The notes: generated by a model not told the origin, from the sequence alone. 64,000 nt of DNA from Parachlamydiales bacterium (GCA_963705295.1 OY970065.1:768001-832000), one strand, 5' to 3'; positions 38,860 through 49,279 are shown, counted from the stretch's first letter. Program-made: numbers and translations.

Positions 38860-39801
38860 ATGAAAAAAATAGTTCTGATTTTTTTGATATCCTTTTTTCA
38901 CATGGACCTCTCGGCAAAGATTCGGCTCCTCACATTTCATTTTAATAAACCCGATTATATCGAGCTCCAATACCATACCTTTAAAAAATTCATGAAAGAT
39001 GATTATGAATTGATCGTCTTCAATGATGCGATAAAGCCTTATTATGAAATTCAAATTAAGCAAATGTGTGAGAAATATGGGATCCGCTGTGTTCGGTATC
39101 CTCAAAAATGGCATAAAAACGAAGCATTGAATGAGCAAGTCCTCCATTGGCTGGCAGATCCCAAGATTTATTCTCACATTGGTTTTGGTGTTCCAGATAA
39201 TATTCTGTCCATTGCTCAACAACCGAGCATTCGTCATTGTCATGTGATCCAATATGCGATGGATCAGTTTGGTTATAATCATGATGATATTGTTGCTATC
39301 GTCGATGGAGATGTTTTCCCCATCCGGCCAGTCAGTCTCCGAGAGTATTTAAAAGATTATGATATCGTGGGGATTCAGAAGCTAATTTCAACGGAGAATG
39401 TCGATTATTTGTGGGTTCCGTTCATCGCTTTTGATGTTCGGAGATTGCCTGATAAAGATGATTTAAAGTTTCATGTCGATATCATTGAAAACAAACTCTA
39501 CGATACAGGAGCGCATACGTACCATTATCTGAGGAATCATCCTGAAGTGCGTGTTCGAAAAATTTTAGGATATTCTAGCACATCGTTTTATTCGATGCCG
39601 CCCGAAGAAATAGAAAAGTTCGGTTTTAAACCGCATGAGATTGAGTTCATCAAAACCCTGCCATGGCCCCAGTGTGTCGAGATCCATATGGATCAACATT
39701 TTCTCCATTTTGGAGCAAGTTCTTTTGGCTTAGAAGGACACGATGTGAAATCCGAGCATGTTAAGAACTTCTTAAACAAAATCTGCAAGATGGAGTTTTA
39801 G
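38860..39801 (+). CDS. Putative GT-A glycosyltransferase-like protein
   Basis: LIVFNDA, AIVDGDVFP (DxD), DTGA, FLHF; signal peptide MKKIVLIFLISFF. Confidence 0.6.
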   Translation: MKKIVLIFLISFFHMDLSAKIRLLTFHFNKPDYIELQYHTFKKFMKDDYELIVFNDAIKPYYEIQIKQMCEKYGIRCVRYPQKWHKNEALNEQVLHWLADPKIYSHIGFGVPDNILSIAQQPSIRHCHVIQYAMDQFGYNHDDIVAIVDGDVFPIRPVSLREYLKDYDIVGIQKLISTENVDYLWVPFIAFDVRRLPDKDDLKFHVDIIENKLYDTGAHTYHYLRNHPEVRVRKILGYSSTSFYSMPPEEIEKFGFKPHEIEFIKTLPWPQCVEIHMDQHFLHFGASSFGLEGHDVKSEHVKNFLNKICKMEF

Positions 39802-40571
39802 AAGAAAATCGGTTTGCTGAGCGATTCTTGGAAGGCGATCGAGGTGTCGATGGTGAAGCCTGCTTCATGGAGTTTTTGGGTGATGATGTTGAGGGCGAGA
39901 TCGGGGTGATTGCATTCTTGGGAGAGGTGGGCGAGGTGGATATGTTTGAGGTGGGGGTGGGCGATTTCGGCTAGGAGCTGGGCGCACTGATCGTTGGAGA
40001 GATGGCCTTGGCGGCTGAGGACCCGTTGTTTATAGACAGCGGGGCGGCTGGAGGCATGCACCATAGAGATTTGGTGGTTCGATTCGATGTAAAGATAGTC
40101 GCAGTTTTGGAGATGGTTTTTGACGAGAGTGGTGATGAAGCCGAGGTCGGTGGCAAAGCCGAGTTTGAGGAAGCCTGTTTTCATGATGAAAGAGACGGGA
40201 TCGAGTGTGTCGTGAGGGATGGTGAACGGATGGACTTCGATGTCTCCAAACTCGAAGGTTTCACCGGTCGTGAAGATTTTGAATTTGGGCATTTCATCGA
40301 CGGTCTCTAAGATGGCTTTGGCGGTTTCGGAATTGGCAAGGACAGGAATTTTCGCTTTGACGGCGAGGGAAGAGAGTCCTTTGATATGATCGGTATGTTC
40401 GTGGGTGATCAAAATGGCATCGATGTCACGGAGGTCAACCCCAATTTCACCCAGTCTTTCCCGCGCTGTTTTAGCCGAAATGCCTGCATCGATTAAGATG
40501 CGGGTTGTTGATGTGCCAAGATAGATGGCATTTCCTTTGGAACCGGACGCTAAAGGGCAAAAACCATTCAT
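39798..40571 (-). CDS. yycJ: MBL-fold metallohydrolase (YycJ/WalJ-like)
   Basis: LASGSKGN, THEHTDH, PHD, ESNH, GHLSN, AHLSQECN. Confidence 0.88.
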   Translation of the reverse strand: MNGFCPLASGSKGNAIYLGTSTTRILIDAGISAKTARERLGEIGVDLRDIDAILITHEHTDHIKGLSSLAVKAKIPVLANSETAKAILETVDEMPKFKIFTTGETFEFGDIEVHPFTIPHDTLDPVSFIMKTGFLKLGFATDLGFITTLVKNHLQNCDYLYIESNHQISMVHASSRPAVYKQRVLSRQGHLSNDQCAQLLAEIAHPHLKHIHLAHLSQECNHPDLALNIITQKLHEAGFTIDTSIAFQESLSKPIFF

Positions 40572-40580
40572 GCTAACCGA

Positions 40581-40841
40581 TTATTCCGATTCATCGGTTT
40601 CTCGGGAAGTTCTTTTCCTAGAAAGTAGGAGGCAGCTCGAACCGACTGCGACAAAGACCGCTGAAACGAAAAAAGGGTTGAGTGTTGCAGGAGGTTTTAT
40701 TTCCAAAGAGAGTTCTTCATCGATTTCATCGGAAAAATTTGGAAGCCAATCGTAGAATAAAGCGACGCAGGCGAATGCGAATAGGATATATCCAAGGATT
40801 TTCAGACGACGGGAGAGTTTTTTTTCAAGGGGTTGATTCAT
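40581..40841 (-). CDS. Small two-TM membrane protein
   Basis: Two hydrophobic helices; lies in the operon between ftsK and yycJ. Confidence 0.65.
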   Translation of the reverse strand: MNQPLEKKLSRRLKILGYILFAFACVALFYDWLPNFSDEIDEELSLEIKPPATLNPFFVSAVFVAVGSSCLLLSRKRTSRETDESE

Positions 40842-42975
40842 TTTCTACCAAGACCCGACGGGGTTTACTCCCTTCCTGAGGAGAAATCACCCCTCGGAGC
40901 TCGAGTTCATCCATCAAGCTTGCAGCCCTGGCATAACCAATTTTCAATTTTCTTTGCAAGAACGTCGTTGAAGCACTTTGCGTTTCAATGACAATCGCCT
41001 TAGCTTCATCATACAAACTGTCACGCGGCCCCTCTTCGTCCCCGCCTGTCAATTCAGGTTGCATCGAATCGAACGACTGGATTTGATAATTAGGGGGGGC
41101 TTGGTCGTAAATGAATTTCACGACACTGTTGATCCCTTCATCGCTGATGTAAGCTCCTTGAGCCCGCATGAGATGGGAAGTGCCAGGAGGTAGAAAAAGG
41201 AGGTCTCCATTTCCAAGGAGGCTTTCAGCGCCGTTTTCATCGAGGATGATCTGGGAGTTGACCCGGCTGGCGACTTTGAACGCGATGCGGGTTGGGAAGT
41301 TTGCTTTGATCAGTCCTGTGATCACTTCGCGAGACGGCCTTTGTGTTGCGAGAATTAAGTGGATACCAACAGCACGGGCCATCTGAGCAATGCGGGCAAT
41401 CGGAGTTTCCAAATCGGAGCTCGATGCCATCATGAGATCGGCAAATTCATCGATGATACCGACTATCGCGGCCATCTTTTCAGGAACAGGGATGGCGAGC
41501 GAGGATTCGAGTTCTTTGTTGATTTGCCGGCTATTGAACGCCGCAATGTTGCGCAGGCCAAGCTGTTTGAGGATGTCGTACCGTGTCTGCATCTCTTTGA
41601 CCATCCAATTCAAGGCCGCATACGCTCCGTGCGGTTCGGTAATCACAGGAGCAATGAGATGGGGAAGAGCTGTGTAAGGGGTGAGCTCGACTTTTTTCGG
41701 ATCGATCATGATGAGTTTAATCTCATCGGGCCTCGCATTCATCAAGATCGACATGATGATCGTGTTGATGCAGACCGATTTTCCAGAACCTGTCGCTCCG
41801 GCAATCAGACAATGGGGCATTTTGGCAAGATCGGTGATCACATTGTCGCCGGTCACGGTTTTGCCAAGAATGATCGGGATGCTCATTTTTCGAGGCGATT
41901 GTTGATAACTGAGGAGCATTTCTTTAAAGCTGACCTCTTGTGGATAGGGTGAAGGGATTTCAACACCGACGGCCGCTTTTCCAGGGATTGGCGCGATGAT
42001 GCGGATCGATTTTGCTTGGAGGTTGAGGGCAATATCGTTTTCAAGGGCTGTGATTTTTTGAACTTTGACGCCGACTGCTGGATGGACTTCCAAAGAAGTG
42101 ATGGTGGGCCCGCAATTGATATCGCCGACTTTGGCTTCGATGCCAAAGCTGAGGAGCGATTCTTCTAAGATTTCGGCCTGTTTTTTGAGTTCTTTTTTCA
42201 AAGATGGCTGGTCAATTTTTTTTGGATTCGGGAGGAGAGAAGGAGGTGGCAGAGTGTAGCCTGAGAATTCCGGGCTTGGTTTAGTCTGTTTTCTTTCAAC
42301 TTTTTCTTCTCTCTCTAGTAGAGTTCGGATCCGTATTTCTGGTTTTTCAGGTTCAACCGGTATGGGTTTAGTAACTTTTATCGGCTCAGGCTCTTCTTCT
42401 TTTTCTTTAAATCCTTGAAGAATTTCTGTGATCCGGACCTCGGTTAAAAAAAGAAAAGAGAAGAGCGCTGTTAGTGTGAACGTGATTCCGACTCCGATGT
42501 CACTGAGCATCCGATGCAGGTTGAACGAAGGAAGATCGTTATAGAGATAGTAGGCAGGAACTCCACCGAGATTGTGACGGACCGTGTGATGCAAAAAAGG
42601 AAATTGGAGCGTCATCGATTCGGTCAGAATTTTATGGCGGAGAGCACCAGGAATAGGTACTCCTTTTTCTGCCGTCAAGGTGAGTAGTATTGAAAGTGAA
42701 AAAGTCAGTAGAAAGGCATAGAAAATTTTCGAGCCTAATCGGGGTACTTCACCTTTGATTAAAAGTTTCCAGCCGACCCACCCCACGAAACCAAGAATAA
42801 AATAGACGGTCAGACCAAATAGATACATGAGGACCCAAGCATAACCGTGCCCAATGATCCCGAGCCAATTGCTCGACCGATTATCGACATCGTAGCTGAA
42901 AAGGCAAAGAAGGGACAAGGCAGTAATCAGCAGTAAAACGAGCCCTTTTCCTTCTGGATATTCTTTTTTACTCAT
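40825..42975 (-). CDS. ftsK: DNA translocase FtsK
   Basis: N-terminal TMs, GATGSGKS, IDPKKVEL, IIDEFADLM, ATQRPS, gamma domain IGYARAA. Confidence 0.97.
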   Translation of the reverse strand: MSKKEYPEGKGLVLLLITALSLLCLFSYDVDNRSSNWLGIIGHGYAWVLMYLFGLTVYFILGFVGWVGWKLLIKGEVPRLGSKIFYAFLLTFSLSILLTLTAEKGVPIPGALRHKILTESMTLQFPFLHHTVRHNLGGVPAYYLYNDLPSFNLHRMLSDIGVGITFTLTALFSFLFLTEVRITEILQGFKEKEEEPEPIKVTKPIPVEPEKPEIRIRTLLEREEKVERKQTKPSPEFSGYTLPPPSLLPNPKKIDQPSLKKELKKQAEILEESLLSFGIEAKVGDINCGPTITSLEVHPAVGVKVQKITALENDIALNLQAKSIRIIAPIPGKAAVGVEIPSPYPQEVSFKEMLLSYQQSPRKMSIPIILGKTVTGDNVITDLAKMPHCLIAGATGSGKSVCINTIIMSILMNARPDEIKLIMIDPKKVELTPYTALPHLIAPVITEPHGAYAALNWMVKEMQTRYDILKQLGLRNIAAFNSRQINKELESSLAIPVPEKMAAIVGIIDEFADLMMASSSDLETPIARIAQMARAVGIHLILATQRPSREVITGLIKANFPTRIAFKVASRVNSQIILDENGAESLLGNGDLLFLPPGTSHLMRAQGAYISDEGINSVVKFIYDQAPPNYQIQSFDSMQPELTGGDEEGPRDSLYDEAKAIVIETQSASTTFLQRKLKIGYARAASLMDELELRGVISPQEGSKPRRVLVENESTP

Positions 42976-43712
42976 AGAAATATACTTAACAGAATTCCAC
43001 CAATCAAGCAATACCAGGCAAACGGCCTTAAAACCCCTTTTTGAAGGAGAGGAATTGCAATCCGAACCGTCACGAGCCCAACAATCGCTGCCACCGCAAA
43101 ACCGAGAAGGCAGGGTGTGAGAGAAAAACCTTCAAGATGGGGGATTTTCAACGATTCTAGAAAAATTCCACCAGCGACGGCCGGAACTGAAAGGATAAAC
43201 GAAAAACGGACAGCCTCATGCGGAGTTGCACCCCGATAAACGCCTGCGGTGATGGTGGCAGCGCTCCGAGATAATCCTGGGATTAAAGCCACTCCCTGCA
43301 AAGTTCCGACCCAAAGGGCGTCCTTCCAGTCCAGGGCTGTTTTTGAAGTGCGCCTACAAACCGATGCTAGATATAGAAATCCTGCAGTACCTATCAGACA
43401 AAATCCCAAAAATTCAGGCTTAGAAAGAGTTTCTCTTAACGGTTTGAGTAAAAAGTAGAACGGAATCAGAGGACAAAGAGCGATAATAAAGGGAAACAGA
43501 AGTCTGGGGTTTTGAAAAAGCAAGAAAATATCTCTCCGGAAATAGACAACAAGGGCAAGCAACGTCCCGAGGTGGCAAAAAAGATCGAAAAGGACCATTT
43601 CTGGAAGGTCAAAGATGGTTTTAAAAAATTTTAGATGGGCAGATGAACTGATAGGAAAAAATTCAGTCACGCCTTGAACGAGACCCAAAAAAATAGCTTG
43701 AAGCCAGTGCAT
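42972..43712 (-). CDS. uppP: Undecaprenyl-diphosphate phosphatase
   Basis: QGVTEFFPISSSAH, HLGT, IPGLSRS. Confidence 0.93.
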   Translation of the reverse strand: MHWLQAIFLGLVQGVTEFFPISSSAHLKFFKTIFDLPEMVLFDLFCHLGTLLALVVYFRRDIFLLFQNPRLLFPFIIALCPLIPFYFLLKPLRETLSKPEFLGFCLIGTAGFLYLASVCRRTSKTALDWKDALWVGTLQGVALIPGLSRSAATITAGVYRGATPHEAVRFSFILSVPAVAGGIFLESLKIPHLEGFSLTPCLLGFAVAAIVGLVTVRIAIPLLQKGVLRPFAWYCLIGGILLSIFL

Positions 43713-43730
43713 CCGTTTTCCTGAAAGTTG

Positions 43731-43805
43731 GGCGATCGACGGGGATCGAACCCGCGACAACTGGATCCACAATCCAGTGCTCTAACCAACTGAGCTACGA
43801 TCGCC
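43731..43805 (-). tRNA. tRNA-His (GTG), G-1/C73, CCA not encoded
   Basis: GGCGATCGTAGCTCAGTTGGTTAGAGCACTGGATTGTGGATCCAGTTGTCGCGGGTTCGATCCCCGTCGATCGCC folds as a cloverleaf with anticodon GTG. Confidence 0.95.
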
Positions 43806-43821
43806 ATAGACGAAGCCCACT

Positions 43822-43850
43822 AGTGTACTGGAGAGATTTCTTTCTGTCAA
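43822..43850 (-). promoter_or_regulatory. Promoter for tRNA-His (and probably uppP-ftsK)
   Basis: TTGACA-17 nt-TACACT. Confidence 0.75.
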
Positions 43851-43855
43851 AAATG

Positions 43856-45481
43856 TTACGAATTATTTGAAAGGCGTTTCTGCCAAATTTCGGACATCTC
43901 TTGTAATTGAGAGGTATAAGGGTTGTCTCGAGCTGCTTCCTTAGGGCCGGCCTTGATTTCGGGATACATGGGAAGAAGCCTAGCGATTGTTGCATGATGA
44001 GAATTTTTTGTTGAGTAACAAAATTGGGCTACTTGGTACCAAAAACGGAAGTTCAGATCGTATTTTTCGTCACGAGGGATTTTGAACTGGATGATATCCA
44101 TATCAACGAAGGGTGTGTGACCTGTCAAATCGTAACATTTGACAAAGATCTTTTTCAGCCATAGCGCGATGCAAGATGCCATAAAGAGATGGTATCTGTC
44201 GTGTTTTTGGAAAAAATACCAGGGAGCATATTGCCCGTCTGCCTCATCTAGAAGTTCAACTCCAGGGAAATGGAGGGCCAAAACTCTTTTGTTTTCAAGG
44301 TGGTGCTGGCGGATCTCTTCCCAAGGAGAAAGTCCGATGACGGGAACGGGTTCAACGGCATCATCTCCAAATTTGACTTTTAAAAAGGCAGTGAAAATTC
44401 CAAGAGAAGAGACCATCATACGGGCATCATCGACGCGAGAAAAAGCGTTCATGACTCGATAGAGTGTATCGTTAGCGCCGACTTTCCAATTATCTACAAT
44501 CCAAAATGTATGCTGGAGTTTAGGGAGTTTTCTCATCTCTTTGTAAAACTGCTCCATCTGCTCGTCGTTCATGAAGCTTTCTTCGCACACGAAGGTTTTT
44601 AACATGAGCTTTTTAGCTTCTTCATTCACCGTTCCATCCGCGTTGAAAATGGAGTAGGCTTTTCTTCCTGAGGGGTGCTGGTGGGCTTGAAGAACTTCCC
44701 AATACGTTTGGATGGTGGCAAAATCGGCGGGAGGAAGTAGGCCTAGACGGACTGCTTCAAGATTATAATCGGGGAAAGCCGGGTTCGAATAAATGGGGGC
44801 ATCCCAGTTTCCATTCGCCTTTAAAAGAGCCTGGATATTTTTTTCTTTGTCAGGAAGTGTTTTTAATCTATTTTCAATGTTTGCTCTTTCTTCGGGTTTA
44901 ATGCGGCAAACAATTTCTTCATAGGCAGGAGAGAGGTGGGAAAGATAGCCAATATCAAAGGAGAGATGGGATTTCGCAGTTGCAATCAGGGCTTCGACTT
45001 GGCTTTTGTGCAAAATATCTACAAGTATCTCTCTCTCGGGGCCTGTGATTGCCTCGATATGCCGCTTCAATAAATGGGAGGCTTCATCGAGTTTTTTCTC
45101 TACAGTAGCGACATTTGTTACCGGTTTATCTGAAGTGGCAATTTCATAGCAGATATAGAGCCTTCGGTAGAGAAACTCGACGATTTCTTCTCTCGAGCTG
45201 TAACGATGGACATAGTTGCATTTGGTTTTGATAAAGGGTGGGAGAGAGTCGGTGCACATACTTCTATATTCGATCAAATAATTGACACTCCGTCTCACGA
45301 AGAGAGGGGCCATTTTTACAACCCCGGCTCCATAGAGTACCGCGCCTGCCACAGCCCCTATAGTTCCCATTTGGGCACCTACAACGGTCGCAAAGGTGAG
45401 TCCGAGCCCAAAAAGAACTTTTGGAACGTTAGTTTCATTGAATAGGCGTTGAATATATTGGATATCAACTCTAATGCTCAT
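43856..45481 (-). CDS. Hypothetical effector-like protein with N-terminal hydrophobic hairpin and HDxYH motif
   Basis: VLFGLGLTFATVVG..VAGAVLYGAG; C-terminal PVIGLS..ADG..KHDRYH; AT-rich upstream region. Confidence 0.65.
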   Translation of the reverse strand: MSIRVDIQYIQRLFNETNVPKVLFGLGLTFATVVGAQMGTIGAVAGAVLYGAGVVKMAPLFVRRSVNYLIEYRSMCTDSLPPFIKTKCNYVHRYSSREEIVEFLYRRLYICYEIATSDKPVTNVATVEKKLDEASHLLKRHIEAITGPEREILVDILHKSQVEALIATAKSHLSFDIGYLSHLSPAYEEIVCRIKPEERANIENRLKTLPDKEKNIQALLKANGNWDAPIYSNPAFPDYNLEAVRLGLLPPADFATIQTYWEVLQAHQHPSGRKAYSIFNADGTVNEEAKKLMLKTFVCEESFMNDEQMEQFYKEMRKLPKLQHTFWIVDNWKVGANDTLYRVMNAFSRVDDARMMVSSLGIFTAFLKVKFGDDAVEPVPVIGLSPWEEIRQHHLENKRVLALHFPGVELLDEADGQYAPWYFFQKHDRYHLFMASCIALWLKKIFVKCYDLTGHTPFVDMDIIQFKIPRDEKYDLNFRFWYQVAQFCYSTKNSHHATIARLLPMYPEIKAGPKEAARDNPYTSQLQEMSEIWQKRLSNNS

Positions 45482-45708
45482 ATTGTTAATAAATTATAAT
45501 ATAAAATTTAGTTTTATTCTATTAAAATATAAATTATTAAAGATAAGGAAGTTATATTCGCCTCGTGAATAAAAATTTCATTGATGGCAACATGTTACAT
45601 AAACTTTTTGACCGCAAGAGAGAAAAACATGATCAATGAGATACGCCTGATATGCATGATAGGAAAAAGGAGAGAGATTTACGCACATTTTTTATCTGGC
45701 ATATCAAG

Positions 45709-47601
45709 GTGCGCCACGAGGCGCTTTATTAACAGTCGGCTGAGATAGCCGACCGGGAAAGGGACACCATCCACCCGTACTGAGTCTTGGAAACAAGGAG
45801 GTAACGACTTGAGTTAAGCGTAGACAGAGGAGATTGTAGGCCGTAAGCGGAAGCGTGTGATTGAGCCCCGAAAAGCATGTGAAAATGGGAGGCCGATGGC
45901 GTCATGATTACCAGAAGGCAATACCATCCTAACCCGATAAGGGAAGGAATAGGATAGTCTCTCCGGGGTCGAAGAGCACGGCATGCAATCAAAGGTAATA
46001 AAGTGAACGTGGGAGATCCTAACAGTTCTCCGAAAGGAGTATTGACTGACAAGTATAAAAGCGAGGAGGTCGAAAAGGCCGTTAGGAAGTCAGATGGATC
46101 GTAGTACCGATGAAGCCAGTAATGACGGTGGAGGGAAGGATCCTGGGTAATTATCAACCTAAGTAAGGAGAAACGCCGCATGGGACAACAGAGCCACTCA
46201 GCGACGAACACAAAACTGAACAGGATAGCCTGGCTATCAAAACAAGATTCCAGGAAGGAGTTTGAATGCTTAATGCACTTGTTCAACCAGGAATCCCTAA
46301 TTGAATGCTTCCACGAGCTGGATAAAGACAAGGCAGTGGGAATAGATGGCATAACAAAGATGGCCTATGGAGCAAACCTCTATGGCAACATCGAACAGCT
46401 AATAACCCAAATGAAGAAGATGGCCTACCGACCCGGCCCGGTAAGAGAAGTACTCATACCCAAAGGAAGGAAAACCGGGGGCCACAAGACCATTGGGGAT
46501 TAGCAATCTGGAAGACAAAATCGTACAGAAGATGACGCAGAAGGTGCTGGAAAGCATATATGAACCGCTATTCCTGGAATGCTCCCACGGGTTCAGACCA
46601 GGAAGAGAGTTGCCATACAGCGATCCAGGCGCTTGCTGAATCATCTGTACAGTAATGAAATCCAGACAGTCATAGATATAGATCTGAAGAATTTCTTCGG
46701 AACAATCGACCACCAACTGCTAGAGGAAATCCTCAAAGAAAAGATTAAAGACCCGAAGTTTATGAGATACATAAGCCGAATGTTCAAATCTGGGGTACTA
46801 GCAGAAGGAGAACTGACGATTAGTGAGGAAGGGGTACCACAGGGATCAATATGCAGTCCAGTGATGGCGAACATCTTTGCTCACTATGCGATAGATAGAT
46901 GGATCGAGGAAATGGTCAAACCAGCCTGTAAAGGAACCATCGGTCTGTTCCGATATGCGGATGATGCAGTGATATGCTGTCAATATGACGCAGATGCGCA
47001 ACGGATCAGACAATCCCTTGGGAAACGACTCGAAAAGTTCAAACTTCAACTCAATGAAGAGAAAACGAAACTAGTCTCCTTTCGATAAGAAAGAGGCAGC
47101 TCAAGGGATAAAACAAGGGACGTTCGACTTTCTTAGGATTTACGTTCTACTGGGGAAACTCTAAGACAGGAAGGATCATACCCAAACTGAAAACGAGAGC
47201 GAAAACCATGAGAGCGAAACTAAAGAAAGTGAACGAATGGACCAAACAGATTAGGAATACACGCCCACTGAAGGAAATATGGAAAATCCTCAAGGCAAAG
47301 ATGAGAGGCCACATACAATACTATGGAGTCTCCCACAACCGTGAAAGGGTAAACCAGTTCATTTATGAGGACGAGAAGGATCGTATTTAAATGGCTGAAT
47401 AGACGAAGCCAACGAAAGAGCTTCACATGGGAAAAGTTCCTAACTGTACATAGCGAAGGACCCACTCCCAGAGCCAAAAATAGTACATCGAATGTTTTAA
47501 CACCACAGCAGGCGAAAGATGAATATCTTGAGCCCGTTGCCTTAATTGGGCACGGCGGGTTCTAACGAGGGGGGAGTCGAGTAATCGGCTCCTCTACTCA
47601 C
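45709..47601 (+). mobile_element. Group II intron (class E-like)
   Basis: 5' GTGCG; domain V GAGCCCGTTGCCTTAATTGGGCACGGCGGGTTC (47530-47562); domain VI ending CTACTCAC; internal RT ORF; purine-rich composition. Confidence 0.92.
46180..47500 (+). pseudogene. ltrA: Intron-encoded RT/maturase, frameshifted, no endonuclease domain
   Basis: KAVGIDG, RPLGI..EDKIVQ, SHGFRPG, IDLKNFF, GVPQGS, RYADD, FLGF, GHIQYYG, WLNRRSQ distributed over about 7 frameshifts. Confidence 0.88.
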
Positions 47602-47728
47602 TCATATCAAATGAATCATGTTTTTATACGGTTTGCCTCAACAGACTCTGATGATGTAAAATAATTATTTTAACCTTTCGCGAAAAGTCGGCAGTTCATA
47701 GAATATCATTGGCGCGCCGGAGAAAAGG

Positions 47729-49279
47729 ATGACCTTGAGACACTATTTCCTCTGTATATTTCTTTTTGTTTCTTCTCTAAGGGGAGAAGAGAAAGAAGGG
47801 GGATACACGATCAACTTCCATGATGTTCCTGTTGTTGAATTCATCCAATTTGTCAGCCGGATTTCGGACGTGAATTTCATCTTTAATCATCGGGATCTGC
47901 AATTTAATATCACGCTGGCTTCAGGGAAGCCGGCCTCTACAGATCATATTGTAAAGGCCTTGGTGCAGATCTTAAAAGCGCACGGTCTTTCGATTTCCAG
48001 GGAAGATGGTTACGTGATCATTCATAAGGGAGAGCATCAAGGGGAGGAATTTGTTCCCGTCCGGACGTATGAAAAACCAGCTGAAGCTCCAGAGGCCGTT
48101 CTTCCACCAGTGGCACCACCACCACCGCCACCTGTGCAAAGCAACCCTCGATTCTTAGTTTATAAATTGCAGTATCACACGGGAAGCGAGCTTGAAGAAA
48201 CAATCAAGAAAATTTCGGGAGATTTAGCTTCAAAACCCGAGACGAATTCTCAATATTTAAATGTTTTAAAATCGGTTCAGTGGATTAAAGCGACGAATTC
48301 GCTGGTTTGCTCAGGAGATGAAGAATCGCTGCAAGCGGTGAAATGTCTGATTCAGAGTCTCGATACACAGTTAAGGCAAGTGTTTATCGAAGTTTTAGTG
48401 ATTGAAACCGATGCTCGGAAATCGCTCGATTTCGGACTGCAATGGGCCGGTGGGGGGAAATATAAAGATAAAATAGGGATGGGCATGGGGAACTTTCCTG
48501 CAGGCCATCGTTCACCCTTTGCTCTGTCTTTTGAACACACGAATGCAACCAATACGCCAACAGGGCCGAATCAAATTCCGATGGGTAGCGGGTTTGATAT
48601 GGGTGTCATTGGGGATATCATTTTCCATAAGGGAAAATCGTTTCTATCTCTTGCCTCGTTGGTATCAGCGTTGCAGATCGATGGTGATAGTTCGATTGTT
48701 TTAAATCAGAAGATCATCACCCAAGACAATAAAAACTCGACGATTTTTGTCGGCGATAATATTCCATTCACCGGATCGATTGTACAAACGGTTGGGACGG
48801 GCCAGCAAACGACGGCGAATGTCGAATACCGAGATATTGGAGTCAACCTCAGTATCACACCCCGTCTTGGTGAAGGGGATGTGATCACGCTCGATTTGAA
48901 CGAAGAGATCACCGAAGTGATTCCATCGGGATCTCACGGGGTTTCAACGCATCACGTGAGTGGGATTCAGACGACCAAAACCAACATGATGACCCACGTG
49001 CATGTCCCCGACAAACATTTCTTGGTGCTCAGTGGAATGATCCGGAATGCGAAGAGTCAACATAAATCGGGCCTTCCTTGTTTAGGAGGCATTCCCGGAC
49101 TGGGTGCACTCTTTGCCAAGACCGAGCGGCACGATGAAAAGAGGAATGTGATCATCTTTGTCCGTCCGCATATCATCAAATCGATGGAAGATTACCGGAA
49201 GCTGACAGAAAAACAAGAAGACGATTATCGCCAGGCATCACCTCCGAATGCTGCCGATCTTTTTAAAGCCCTTCATTGA
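47729..49279 (+). CDS. Secretin (SctC/CdsC- or GspD-like), short form
   Basis: Signal peptide; INFHDVP..FISRI-like N0 domain; RQVFIEVLVIE, EYRDIGVNLSITP, GLPCLGGIPGLGALF, IFVRPHII. Confidence 0.88.
   Translation: MTLRHYFLCIFLFVSSLRGEEKEGGYTINFHDVPVVEFIQFVSRISDVNFIFNHRDLQFNITLASGKPASTDHIVKALVQILKAHGLSISREDGYVIIHKGEHQGEEFVPVRTYEKPAEAPEAVLPPVAPPPPPPVQSNPRFLVYKLQYHTGSELEETIKKISGDLASKPETNSQYLNVLKSVQWIKATNSLVCSGDEESLQAVKCLIQSLDTQLRQVFIEVLVIETDARKSLDFGLQWAGGGKYKDKIGMGMGNFPAGHRSPFALSFEHTNATNTPTGPNQIPMGSGFDMGVIGDIIFHKGKSFLSLASLVSALQIDGDSSIVLNQKIITQDNKNSTIFVGDNIPFTGSIVQTVGTGQQTTANVEYRDIGVNLSITPRLGEGDVITLDLNEEITEVIPSGSHGVSTHHVSGIQTTKTNMMTHVHVPDKHFLVLSGMIRNAKSQHKSGLPCLGGIPGLGALFAKTERHDEKRNVIIFVRPHIIKSMEDYRKLTEKQEDDYRQASPPNAADLFKALH

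Noticed and set aside
45729..46352. 207-aa minus-strand ORF
   Set aside because: Antisense to intron RNA domains and the RT; no recognisable motif
45629..47614. Host gene interrupted by the intron
   Set aside because: Joined exons give only a ~30-codon ORF with no recognisable content
43731..47700. tRNA-anchored integrative element or prophage
   Set aside because: No integrase and no duplicated tRNA 3' end seen; the accessory genes lie on the tRNA 5' side
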